DNA of 64,000 nt from Gekko japonicus (lineage: Eukaryota), in NCBI RefSeq assembly GCF_001447785.1, contig NW_015162477.1, forward strand, positions 1,011,564 to 1,075,563, written 5' to 3'. The position numbers and the translations under genes were made by a program. This document shows, piece after piece, positions 1 to 12,300 of this stretch. Every line of letters begins with the position of its first letter. The first letter of the stretch is position 1. The notes under the pieces are model-generated. The model saw only the letters and a program-made list of their open reading frames with translations, ran no database searches and had not been told where the DNA came from.

Positions 1-259
1 CTCAACCCCCAAATCTCCAGGAATTTCCCAACCTGGAGCTGGCAGCCCTAAGGTGAATTGATCTCTGTAGCTGGGAGATCCGTTGTGATTCCCAGACCGC
101 TGCCACTGCTGCTGTGGGGGGAGAGGAAGCAGGTGGGTGGCTAGGAGCACTGCCACCACTGCTGCTGCTCTGCGAAGTGGGGGAGAAAGCAGGCAGGAGG
201 CTGGGAGAGTGATGGGGGCAGAAAGAAAGAATGATGGGGTGGGGGCAGAAAGAGAAAGA

Positions 260-560
260 GTGATGAAGTGGGGAGGCAGAAAAACAAAGAGAAAGATGAC
301 AGGTCAGAAAGAGAGAGGAAGTCACATGCATGGAGGAGAAATAGAGAGTAAGAAAAGGGGGGCAGAGGGGAGAAATAGTGTGAGAGAGATAAAATGGCTG
401 TTTTGGAGGGTTGTCTCTATGGCATCATAGCGTGATGAAGTGGGGAGGCAGAAAAACAAAGAGAAAGATGACAGGTCAGAAAGAGAGAGGAAGTCACATG
501 CATGGAGGAGAAATAGAGAGTAAGAAAAGGGGGGCAGAGGGGAGAAATAGTGTGAGAGAG
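260..560. repeat. 129-bp direct repeat (260-388 and 432-560) with a 43-bp spacer
   Basis: Two identical purine-rich copies. Confidence 0.9.
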
Positions 561-899
561 GTAGGGGATGAGGAGAGGAAGCAAAGGTGTGGAATGAGAA
601 AAGCATGGTAGCTTTTCCTGAACTCGTCAGACAGTCCACTGCACTTGGAGGGAGTCACAACAGCTAAAGCACACACATAGGCAGCTATCAATGGCCTGAT
701 GCCATCTTCAGAAGGTTTTGATCAGATGAGTGAAGCAGCTGCTTGTATGTAGGTACTAAACCACAAAAGGTATAGTTGAATGTGTTCTAGTATGTAACCA
801 CCACTTCAAAATACTAACTTCTAGCCTAAACTCCCCAATTTCTATACAGGCTCCAATTCAATATTGGAGCCTGTATAGAAAGAAATTGGATAAAAAATG

Positions 900-1092
900 T
901 ATTTATGTAATTCATTTATACCCTGCCTTTCTTCCCAATTGAAACCCAAAGTGGCTTACATACTCGTTGTCCTCTCCTCTATTTTATCCTCATAACAACT
1001 CTGTGAGGAAGGCTAGGCTGACAGAATATGACTGGTCTAAGGTCACCCAGTGAGCTTCCATGGCACTAGTGGGGATTTGAACTTGGGTCATC
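900..1092 (-). mobile_element. MIR/Ther1-like (Squam3-type) SINE; related copies near 2270-2460, 9855-9985, 39810-39995, 44120-44610 and 59600-59880
   Basis: Shared core ttttatcctcacaacaaccctgtgagg..ggttaggctgaga..tgactggcccaaggtcacc..ggatttgaacc. Confidence 0.65.
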
Positions 1093-2110
1093 TTTGTTGT
1101 TGTTCAGTTGCACAGTCGAGTCCAACTCTTTGCGACCCCATGAAAGAGATCACGCCAGGCCTTCCTGTCTTCCGCCGTCCTCTGAGGTTGGCTCAATTTT
1201 ATGTTCGTTGCATCTATAACACTGTCTAACCATCTCATCCTTTGCTGTCCCCATCTTCTTTGACCTTCAATCTTTCCCAGCAGCAGGGTCTTCTCCAGTG
1301 AGTGATCCCTTCTCATTTGGTGGCCAAAGTATTTGAGCTTCAGTTTCATTATCTGGCCTTCCAGGGAACAGTCAGGGTTGATTTCTTTGAGGATTGACTG
1401 ATTTGATCTTCTTGCAGTCCAAGGGACTCTCAAGAGTCTTCTCCAGCACCATAGTTCAAAAGAATCTATTCTTCGGCGCTCGGCCTTCCTTATAGTCCAA
1501 CTCTCGCAGCCATACATGACTACTGGGAATATCATTGCTTTGACCATGCAGACTTTTGTTGGCAGGGTGATGTCTCTACTTTTTTTCATGCTGTTTAGGT
1601 TCGCCATCGCTTTCCTCCCAAGGAGCAGGCGTCTTTTAATTTCATGGCTGCTGTCACAGTCTGCGGTGATCTGGGATCCCAGGAACGTGAAGTCTGTCAC
1701 TACTTCCACGACTTCCCCTTCTATTTGCCAAGGAGTGATGGGGCCAGATGCCATGATCTTAGTTTTTTTGATGTTGAGCTTCAAGCCCACTTTTGCGCTC
1801 TCCTCTTTTACCCTGAACAAGAGGCTCTTTAGGTCCTCTTCACTTTCTGCCATTAGAGTGGTATCGTCTGCATATCTGAGGTTGTTGATCTTTTCCCCAG
1901 CAATCTTAATTCCCGCTTGTGATTCATCCAGGCCAGCATTTCGCATGATGTACTCTGCATATATATTAAATAAGCAAGGTGACAATATACATCCTTGTCG
2001 TACTCCTTTTCCTATGCTAAACCAATCATTTGTTCCATATCCGGTTCTAACTGTTGCTTCTTGACCCTTATACAGGTTTCTCAAGAGACATGTGAGGTGG
2101 TCTGGTACTT
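1093..2110 (-). mobile_element. RTE-BovB LINE, 5'-truncated
   Basis: 326-aa open RT C-terminus (GVRQGCILSP, LRYADDTTL, MYGCESWT, FELWCWRR) and (CAA)n tail. Confidence 0.93.
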
Positions 2111-2642
2111 TTCTCTAAAGACTTTTAAAATTTAGATTATTTTCTTTGTTTTCCCTCGGTGATTTAGAAACCCAAACAACATCCCCACACTTTTTCCCTT
2201 TTCCTGGCAACCCCTCTGCCGTCACCTTTCCCTGATTCCTTCTCTCCTTCCTACCCATCAATCTTTCTCCACAATGGGGACTCAAAAACAATTCATAACT
2301 TTTTTTTCTTCCTCTGTTTTATCCTCACAGCAACCATATGAGGAAAGTTAGGCTGAAAATGTATAACTGACCCAAGGTCACCTAGTAAGCTTCCATGGCA
2401 GAATGAGGATTTTAACCTGGATCTTCCAGATCCTAGTCTTGAAACTCTACCACACTGGCTTTCATGGAATGGCTGCTGTTGAATAATAACAAGCAGCTGG
2501 GCCTGGGTGAATCATGCAAGTCACTCTGTGTTTGCTGCCCGGCCCTGATGAGTCCTCCTCTCAAAGGCTGAAACAGCCCTGGAAAGGGCCTTGTCCCCTT
2601 CTCTGCCTTTTACTGACAAAAGCCAAGGCTTCAACTGGCAAT

Positions 2643-4210
2643 ATTTATTTATTTATTCCATTTATACCCCGCCTTCCCCGCGAACCAGCTCAAGGCGGCT
2701 TACATTAGTCGGTACAAGGTACCATAACATTCACATAAAATTTAAAACATTTTAAAACCATCAGATAATCATAAAGTGCTAGTAGAAAGTAAATGTTCCC
2801 TTATTTGTTAAGATGGCGTGCTGCATGATGTAACTGCAGACAATTTCCGACTCAGTGATCTTCTGGCATCATACGATGGTATAGTTCGATCTCAGGGCTA
2901 CGGCCAACCCATGGTCACAGATGTTGGTGGTAGTGGTGAGGACGGCTCCTAGTTGGCCTGGTGGAAGATCTCCGTCTTGCAGGCCCTGCGGAACTGCAAG
3001 AGATCCCACAGGGCCCTGATCTCCTCCGGGAGCTCATTCCACCAGTATGGAGCCACCACCGAAAAGGCCCTGGTGGCCACAAGCCTGGCATCCTTAGGGC
3101 CTGGAAGGGTCAATCGATGTTGTGACCCCGACCTTAGTGCTCTCTGGGGTATATATGGGGAAAGGCTGTCCCTCAGGTATATCGAACCCTGGCCATATAG
3201 GGCTTTAAAGGTAAGTACCAGCACCTTGAAGTGAATTTGGTATGCTATTGACAGCCAGAGCAGTGCCTTCAGCACTGTGCTCCCATCTAGGAAGACAAAT
3301 CAGAAACCTGGCCGTGGCATTCTGCACTAGCTACAGCTTCTGGATTTGTGACAAGGGCAGCCCCATGTAGAGAGCATTACAGTAGTCTAGCCTCGAGGTG
3401 ACTGTCACATGGAACACTGTAGCCAGGTCATCACGGTTGAGGAAGGGAACCAACTGCCGAATCAGCCAAATATGGTAGAAGGCCAACTTAGCAGTGGCTG
3501 CTACCTGGGCCTCCATTGTTAAGGAGGTATCCAGGAGCACTCCCAAGCTCCTAACCTCCAACTCTAGCACTAATGGTGCCCCATCGAAGGTCGGGAGCGG
3601 GATCCCTACGCCCGAACTGCCCCGACTCAGGCACAGGAACTCCGTCCTCACCAGGTTCAGCTTCAGCTGGCTCAAACTAAGCCAACCAGCCACAGCTTGT
3701 AATGCCCGGTCCAGATCTTCCAGTCCGAAGTCCGACTGGCCGCCCAACATCAGATAGAGCTAGGTGTCATCAGCGTACTGGTGACACCCCAGCCCATGCC
3801 TCCAGGCAATCTGGGCAAGGGGGCGCATGTAGATGTTAAATAACATCGGGGAAAGCACTGCCCCTTGAGGCACTCTGCACTCTAGCGGGTGTCGCAGTGA
3901 CTGCTGTTCCCCTAGCACCACCCTTTGTCCCTGACCCTGGAGGAAGGAAGCAAGCTATTGCAAGGCAAGCGCCTGGATCCCCATGTCGGCGAGGTGATGG
4001 GTCAGCAACTGATGGCTGACCGTGTCGAACACAGTCAACAGATCCAACAACAGCAGTACTGCCGCACCACCCCGATCCAGATGCCTCCGGAGGTTGTCAG
4101 TGAGAGCGACCAGCACCGTCTTCATTTCGAATCCCGGGCGGAAGCCGGACTAGAAGGGGTCTAATATGGAAGTGTCATCCATAAAGCCCTGCAACTGTAT
4201 TGCCACCGCC
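2643..4210 (-). mobile_element. L2-clade LINE 3' portion, degenerate
   Basis: YADDT at about 3765-3780, SRLDYCNALYMGLP, FKVLVLTFKAL and RAFSVVAP.WWNELP motifs; (TAAA)n-type tail near 2645. Confidence 0.88.
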
Positions 4211-4444
4211 TGTTGTAGTTGCCTAGCAACAGCCATTGAGAGCATTTTTTAAGCTACAGGTGCTGCATCAATTATTTTGGTTTTTTTAAACTCTATGTAT
4301 TTTTTTCTGCAAACACAGGGTGTTTATCAGTTTATAGAAAGATCTGTCTTGTTTGTTCATAGTCCCTTTATCTCCATATTTAAGTATCCACAGATACATG
4401 GCCATGTTAAGAATTTATCTGTCTATATTTGGTGAGTATTTTGT

Positions 4445-4655
4445 GTATGTGTGTATACTTGGAAGTCATGGTTGATTTCTAGCGACCCCTAGTGGGGCTT
4501 GGACGTTTGAAAGAGGTGGCTAACTATTGTCTGGCTCTGCATCCCAGGCCTGGTATTCCTTGGAGGTCTCCCTTCCAAGTACTTGCCAGAGTCGGCCCTG
4601 CTTAGCTTCTGAGATCTGAAGAGATCAGGCTTGCCTGGGCTATCCAAGTCAGGGC
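4445..4655 (-). mobile_element. 5S rRNA-derived SINE (tail type A)
   Basis: Head resembles 5S rRNA (GATCTC.GAAGCTAAGCAGGG..TACTTGGA.GGGAGACC..GGAATACC) and is followed by a non-5S tail. Confidence 0.8.
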
Positions 4656-5494
4656 AAGAATTAGATATATTGATGATGATGTGAAAGCTGGATAGCCTAT
4701 AGCAGGAGCTGCAACAAAATAGTTTTGTGAGCAATAGAATTCTGAACAATGAGAAGAAGAGGCGGTAGTAGAAGGAAATCCATATAGGTACATCCATAGT
4801 CTGTGCCCGGAGCTGTGAGCAAAGCATACTTTTGAAGCCTTTGATCCCTGCGACATACAATACTAAAAGCTGTAGTGTTATTTTTAAGTAGCAGTTTTAA
4901 AAGAGATACACTGACTCACTCCCTTTCAACAATTTTTCTTAACTAGGATTCATTCCGTATTGCATCTTTGCCAACTATAAAATCAGTTTTCCAAAGCAGG
5001 TCACATGCATGACTTACTGTGTTTATTACTGGTTCTTCTACACATTCTTCATACACACTCTTCAACAATATTTTAATATACAACTCACAGGCTGGTGATC
5101 CCATGACAACTCTTAAGTGTAGATCATTACTCTTGATAGCTTTGAACTTCAGAATAATATTATAATATTTAGGAAACTTTCCTATAGCATTTAAAAATTT
5201 TCTTGTGTGTGAAGCCCAAGTCCACAAAGATGAAGTTATTTAATGTAACTTTTTAAAAAGATTCCCGATAATATTCTTTTAAATCATATGATATGATAAT
5301 TTTAACGAACTCAGCCACCTACTGTAAGCTTTATCAGAAGACTACATAATGGAAAATAGTCACCTAAATAATGCAAGTTCTCAGACATTATACATCAAAA
5401 TGTGTTATATGCTGAAGAAATGTTTTATTTAAATAGAATTTTAATCCTTTAATATAAAATGCAGTAAAAGGCCATCCTCCAGCTAAGTAATACT

Positions 5495-5961
5495 GGCTGC
5501 GGTCACACGGAACATTAGCCACGCAAGAGAGACGGAAGACAGGCGGAGTTTCCGGCCACGATCTCACCGGCACATCTGGGAAGCATAGCACTTCCGTGGC
5601 ACAACCAAGGCTTCCTGCCGAAAACACGCAGCAAAAAACTAGTACCTCGGAGGTACTAGTTTCCGGAAACCGCGGGGCAAGGACGGGCGTCTGATCGCGT
5701 TTCCAGTGGCATCCGGCACCCGCCCATTTCCCCCCCAAGTCTCCGTGGATGCGCACACGCACCCAACGGAGCATGCGCATTCGTCGTGTACACAAAAAAA
5801 GAAAACCAGTTTGCCGCACCGCGCGCTTCTTCATTGCGCGCAGGCGTGTCCTGTGATCGGCACCTCTCCCTACCCACGGAACCTCCATGGTACCTCCACA
5901 GAACCTCCACAGGAGGTCTGATCGCTTAACCACGCGTTAGTTTGCCACGGGGCAAACAGCC
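5495..5961. mobile_element. Probable PIF/Harbinger-like GC-rich MITE
   Basis: Sharp CpG-rich island in AT-rich DNA; imperfect termini GGCTGCGGTCACACG / CGGGGCAAACAGCC. Confidence 0.5.
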
Positions 5962-8680
5962 ACGCTACCCCCCGCAGTTTCCTGCCCGTGCCAATGTTGG
6001 TCAAAATCTTATTTCCTTCGATACAAGGCCATTTCAAAAATAAAAAGAAACAAATGGTCATGACAGTACATTTAAGCACATTACCAATAACTATTGCTTG
6101 AAGATCACTTTCCAGATTGCAATCCTATCCCTTCTCACATGTATAATCCCATAAAATTCCACCCAAATTAATGCATATTTAAGAGAGCTATTTCTAAAAT
6201 TCTGAAAAATGCCATTGCTACAAAAGTCCTCTTACAATACACTGTGTAGGATTTGCAGACTACAATGATGGTTTTATCAAAGTAGTTTCCATGTACCCTC
6301 CAAAATAACAATATTTGCATTTTTAAAAAATTGTTGTATTAGGGTTTTGTTAAATCTAGATTAAATCAGTCTCAATCACTCAGAGAGGAAAAAGCTAACT
6401 TTTAAATGATAGACTTGCCCCCATTCTAATAACCTAAATACACACTTTTTATCAACAGACATTTAAGATGACAGCCGTGATTCCGTTTCCCTCTAATGCA
6501 GGCTTTATTTTCACCTCTGTGCAGACGTTCCAGTAGGAACATTGTAATAGGTGCCATTCTAAACAGAACTTGTGTATAATCTATACAGTACTTAAGATTT
6601 ACTTGCACTTTTAACTTGGCGATTTTTCCCCTCAATTACCATTATTTTTAACGAGGCTAGTTTACTCTTGGAATCTTTGCAGAAAACAGCCATTTACTCC
6701 AGACCTAAAGCAATGTCTGCACACAAAAAAGTGTGAAAATACAAAGATTACATGCAGTATAAAAATCTGCATGTGCATGTCATTACTCCACAACATCATT
6801 AACTGTGCCAAGAAAAGGCCCAAGTTGTTATGTTAGTTAATGAATTGGCCAGTTATTCAAGCACAGTCTCTGCTGTATCAGATCTGATAAAGACTAGTGT
6901 GTTAGATTTTCTCACCAGAGCCCTTAATAAGCAAGACTTGAGGTGACACATTTAAACAACGAATAGTTCAAGGGCCGCAGGAGGCCATTCCAGAGCACAG
7001 GCATAATCTATAAAGGCAAACTACCACAGCTTTTTGATGTTAAACTAGTAGCAATATCAACACACAACAAAGCTTAGAAGCAGGCTGTTGTATCAAGTTT
7101 AAAAGTGTAACGTGGAGGGTCAAAAGTCACAATTACTTGTGCTACCTTGCTGCTTACAAGCAAAATCTATGTTTTCAACAAGTGGCATTTGAAAATCTAA
7201 CTATGTAAATAACAACATGGCTTTCACCCCACACAACTTCAGGTTTTGAGATATAAAATATCCCAACTACTCTTTATACAAGTAGGCCAGAAGATATATG
7301 CTTGGCCTTAGGACAAGGTGGGAGGTCACAGACACTTACTTTGAAAGCATATACATTTCTTACCAGATTATACACATTAAATACTTGAAGAGAAAGAGTA
7401 ATGGTGTAAGATGAATGGCACTTCATAAAACTGTTGCTAAATTATCACCTTGGTGAATTAAGCAAGGATAAAAACACAAGCAGTCTAAAATACCTTCCTC
7501 AAATTACTATTGTCTGATTTATTTCAATAAATATGCCTTTTCAGAAGCAAAGAAAAATAACGCTATTAATGAAAAAATTGTTTATTCACTATATCCCAAA
7601 TACTAAGATTTTGCTTAACCTACATACAAAAAACAACTAAATTAAGATAATAAAATTTTAGGAAATAAAGAAATAATGCAATTTTAAGAGGTGCAGAAAA
7701 AAAGGAGAGACAGTTGTATCCACAGAAACAGTAAAGATTTCCATACAACTGAACTACAAAACGTTAAGAATTTCCACTCTCAAAGAACTCCTCTGGCCTG
7801 ATCCACTCATAAAAGACTTTTTGTGCAGCTTAAGAAACAACTACATCCAGTGGAAAATCTTCGAGAATCCACCATGTAAGTCTACAGGGAGAGAACACTA
7901 GTTCGGTACTATGTGTATATCTGAACCCTGACAACTGGTACCTCTTTCTACAAATGATTTGTCCATGTATAGCAGCATTCACTGCTGACTGGTATGGGTG
8001 AAAGACTGAAATTTTGTGCTCTGCATATGGCAGTCCTGTTCACATGTTACAGTGAACACACATCCATCCTACATGTATGTGGGTAGATCTGTTTGTAAGA
8101 AAGAGCTAATGTGTGATTGCTTTACAAATGAAAGCAGGGACCAGTACCTGGATACATGTGGGGTTTGTATCACACATTCAGCTGTACACGTATTAACTAT
8201 AACATGAGAAGTACTCATTTATATAAAAAATCAAGTACCAATTATACACAATTTGTATGTGCATTCACTGTAATACACATTTGTGCATTTACTACTATGA
8301 TTCTATGCAGTTTGGAACATGTTTCATATCCAAAATGTTTCACATCCAAAAATCTTCTATTACATGCCTAAATTTCCTGTGGGATTGGGAAATAGCTTTT
8401 TGAAGAATACACACAAATTACAGCATTCCTCCTCCAGTGATCAACTGAAAGCTAAATTAGTATGTAAAATGGAAGGAAGCAGTGTTCCATATCAAAGCAC
8501 TTCCAAAATTTTTCATTCCAAAGCCATGCTTTCATACACTATCATCATGATTATCCCCCTTCAGGCAGCAAGGTTTTTAAAAAGAGATTTTCAACAAAGC
8601 CAAAACTGAAATTAAATTTCTACACTTTGCAAAAAAGCTTCTGGTCAGACCCATGGAGTATTTCAATCAGGCTTGGTTGC

Positions 8681-8699
8681 AATGCCACCTGGTGGTACA
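8681..8699 (-). promoter_or_regulatory. Candidate CTCF site
   Basis: Minus strand reads TGTACCACCAGGTGGCATT, close to the CTCF core CCACCAG(G/A)(G/T)GGC(G/A); lies in apparently non-repetitive DNA. Confidence 0.55.
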
Positions 8700-9110
8700 G
8701 AACATGAACAGATTCCATTTCAAAGGCTGAAAGGTTTGGGGGGGGGAATATGCACTGCTCTGTAAGAATTTTTGGTATACTAGATATCTAAATTGCATCT
8801 GTTAACGGACCTTTTAAAAGGGTCTGTTATCCTCATTGCACGCAGTCCAATAAAGTACCAACAATTTTACACATAGGGCAGAAACTAAAAACGGGGGATT
8901 TCCCAGTTGTTTCAAGCCTTTGTAAATTGAATGCCTGGATAAATTTATGTACACATCAGGCTTCTTAACATTAAATAAAATTTCCCCCCCTTTTTGAAGA
9001 AAAATGACATGTTGCTGAAACCTTAAAGAAGGGTTACTGAACTGCTTTGTAAAATTACACTGTATAATTAATTCCATGGTAAGAACGTTTTTATGGCGTG
9101 TTTTGGTGAC

Positions 9111-9347
9111 NNNNNNNNNNNNNNNNNNNNNNNNNNNNNNNNNNNNNNNNNNNNNNNNNNNNNNNNNNNNNNNNNNNNNNNNNNNNNNNNNNNNNNNNNN
9201 NNNNNNNNNNNNNNNNNNNNNNNNNNNNNNNNNNNNNNNNNNNNNNNNNNNNNNNNNNNNNNNNNNNNNNNNNNNNNNNNNNNNNNNNNNNNNNNNNNNN
9301 NNNNNNNNNNNNNNNNNNNNNNNNNNNNNNNNNNNNNNNNNNNNNNN
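9111..9347. other. Assembly gap (further gaps at 25969-25978 and 59716-59763)
   Basis: Runs of N. Confidence 1.
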
Positions 9348-12300
9348 AGCTCTCGACTCCAGACTAGGCGCCAGCTGATAAACAAACAATTTAAGTCAAG
9401 AACTGGAGAATTCCCAGCTTTTTGGGTTAATGGCTTTGGCCAACAGTATTTATTGCCTTCAGTTATATTCTCACTTAGCTCTAAGAGGAAATTTAAACTC
9501 ATCATTATCTTAAAGCTCCATATAGGCCACAGTCAATTCACCTGATATAGCTCTTTTTACTCTGAGTACATTTTAGTGTTCCCCCCCCCCCAAGTGAGGT
9601 AATAGTGTAAACTAATTAACCACAATTTAAGGTTGACTTTTTAACTGGTTAAATAAATTTTGTTCAAACTAGTTTATAATCTTCCTCTCTGTCCAGTGTC
9701 AAGGCTACAGAACGTAACTTTACCATTTCTAATCTAAGTAACTAGTAGCATATATCCATAAAAAGTACTAGTACTGTACACCCATAAAAACACAGCCAGT
9801 GAGGTGCACGGAAGAAGAGTGTTGGACTTTGTTTAGGGGGATCTGGGTTAAAATACCCACCGGGCTATAAAACTTATTGTGTGGCCCTGGGCAATTCTCT
9901 CTGCTAAACCTTCTCACTGGGAAGGAAAACATGTTGAAAACCCAAGTACTGTGCCTTAAGCTCCTTGAGGAAAGGGTGGGATATTGCCCTGTTATGTTGG
10001 TATGAAACCCTGGATTGCTTCTTGACTTGACCAACATAAAGCAAACAAGACTGAACACTCTCCATTCTCTGGTCAGTGGCAGAAAAAGCCTTTAAGGTTT
10101 CCAGTGCAGAGCATGTGCATGTATTCAGCTATGAAATAGCCTATATAGCCTGTGTAATGCCATTTCAAACATTCGGTTTAACTAAAGAGAACAAATAGGA
10201 GAGGGCAGCTTGTGAAGACAGGCCCCACAATCTACACACACTCTGCTTTTTTGTCTGCACAGTCTACATGCAAGTACAAACTGAATGTGTACAGGCTTGC
10301 CTATCCGACCAGAATTATATTTCCCGTAGAGTCCTCCCTGATGCATATAGCGTCTACGCATGCAGACATCAGACTGAACATATCAAGATCAAGCTAGGGC
10401 CTACTGACAATTTCCTTCCTTCCCTCTTCTGTTCAGTATACTCACATTGATGATTCAGAAACTAAATTTTATGAAGGTATAACAATCATAAGTAAATGTT
10501 AAGCGTGGCATGCAGAATTCAACACTGACAATCTTCTAGAGAGTTGTGCCACATAAGTAGAACGACTTTGACAGCCAGAAATCTATTTTTTCCATGGTGC
10601 AATTTAAGAAATAAATTGCTTCTACTAGTTTGTGGGGTTTTTTTGCAGTGGTTTCGGCATTGCAACTTAAATATATTATATGGGTCAGAATGAACCTGGG
10701 TCTATGAAGTGTGTCTATACCACATCATACTAACAAGACACTTGAGTATATTTTATAGCACAGAATATTCTGCATTTATGGTTTTGCTACATTTGCCACA
10801 CAGTCCTATCCATACACAAGCAAGTACCACTGACTTCAGTAACTCTTACTCTCTAGTAAGAGCGCTTAGAATTGCAGTATTCAACTTTCAGCCCATGGAC
10901 ATAGGGGCCTATCACTTACCTTGCATTAATTAAATATACACATACTAGGCTTATGTCAGTCTATTCACTTATAACACCCTACAAAAATACAAAAATGTAG
11001 AGTTCTCCTGAATATGAAAAAGTTTTCCTAACAGAAATTTGTTTTACATGCACTGAAGAAAACTGCTGGTAAAAACATAGTTTTCTTCTCTAAGGAGGAC
11101 AGTACAACTCATTTTACAAGCACCCCCTCCAATTCTTTTGAAACTTCCTTGGTTTGGCTTGGAAAGACACAAAGGATTAAATTGTCCCACTGCCAAAGAC
11201 TTCCTTTGAGCAGCTAATGACAGTGAAGACGTGGTGATGCTGAAAAATATATTCACACCACTAGATTACTGTAGAAATTATTAGGAAATGAACTAAGACT
11301 AAAATAAACTAGGAGTATGTGAAATTGGGCTTCAGTGTACTTCTAGTTAGATGGGGAATCATAGTTCCTTCTCTGATCTAACAGCTGTCTTTAAAAAAAA
11401 GAGGCTAAAATCCTGATCAGCTCATCAAGAGGGAGGAGGAAAAGCAGCTACATTCAGCCTGGCCTTAGTCTGTCCATCCAATTTTAACCTTTTTGGAAGA
11501 CCCAATGAATATAGCCTGAATGTTCTATGTATACTTTTGGATTTAAGGTTGCCAGCCCCCAGGTGGGAGTGGGGGATCCCCTAATTTTGTGAGCTCCTGC
11601 CTGCTGCCAGCTAGGTGGCTGGAGGGGGAAGCCATGCCGCCAACAGCCATGATCCAGCATGACGTCTCTGACATGATGATGTCATGTGGAAGTGATGTCA
11701 TCACGCTGGGGACGATGTGCGGCGATGCTCTGGTATTTTGGCCAAACTCTATGGATACTTCTGTGTGATGTCATCACGTTGGGAATGTTGTGCCCCCCCA
11801 CTCCCAAAAAGCTCCCTCCCCCCCCCCACCAGCGAGGAGGTAACACCTGGCAACCCTATCTGGATTGGAGCTGGTGGCTTGTACCCTATGATTCTGGGGG
11901 AGCCACTAGGGTTGGAGAAAGGCTTCAAGCTTAAGGAAGGCTTGAAGCATTGAGCTGACAGGATAAAAGACAGTGTACATAATACATACATAAATAAAAA
12001 TAAATAAATATCCCACGTAAGCCCCAAGCCTACTGTTTTATTTAGGAAATGTTCCAGCTAAGATTAACTAACTTTAAGTTCCAAGAGCCTACGTCCAAAG
12101 CTTCCATCTTTACTTTGGTCACTATCGACATTTGATATCTAGTAACAGAAGAGATTTTATAGCACACACTGCAAAGTCCGCAGAGGATTAGGAATCGAAC
12201 AGCATGGGAGCCATTTAAAAGCTGGAAGAACAATATGTAACTTTCAACCATGCAATAAACCTGGAATTACCACACACATTTCCCCAGATTTTCAGACAAA

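Noticed and set aside
4545-4640. 5S rRNA genes (also near 34780 and 38070)
   Set aside because: Altered 5' end, many substitutions and attached LINE-like tails show these are SINE heads.
8814-9545. ORFs spanning the N gap
   Set aside because: Artefacts of translating through N runs.
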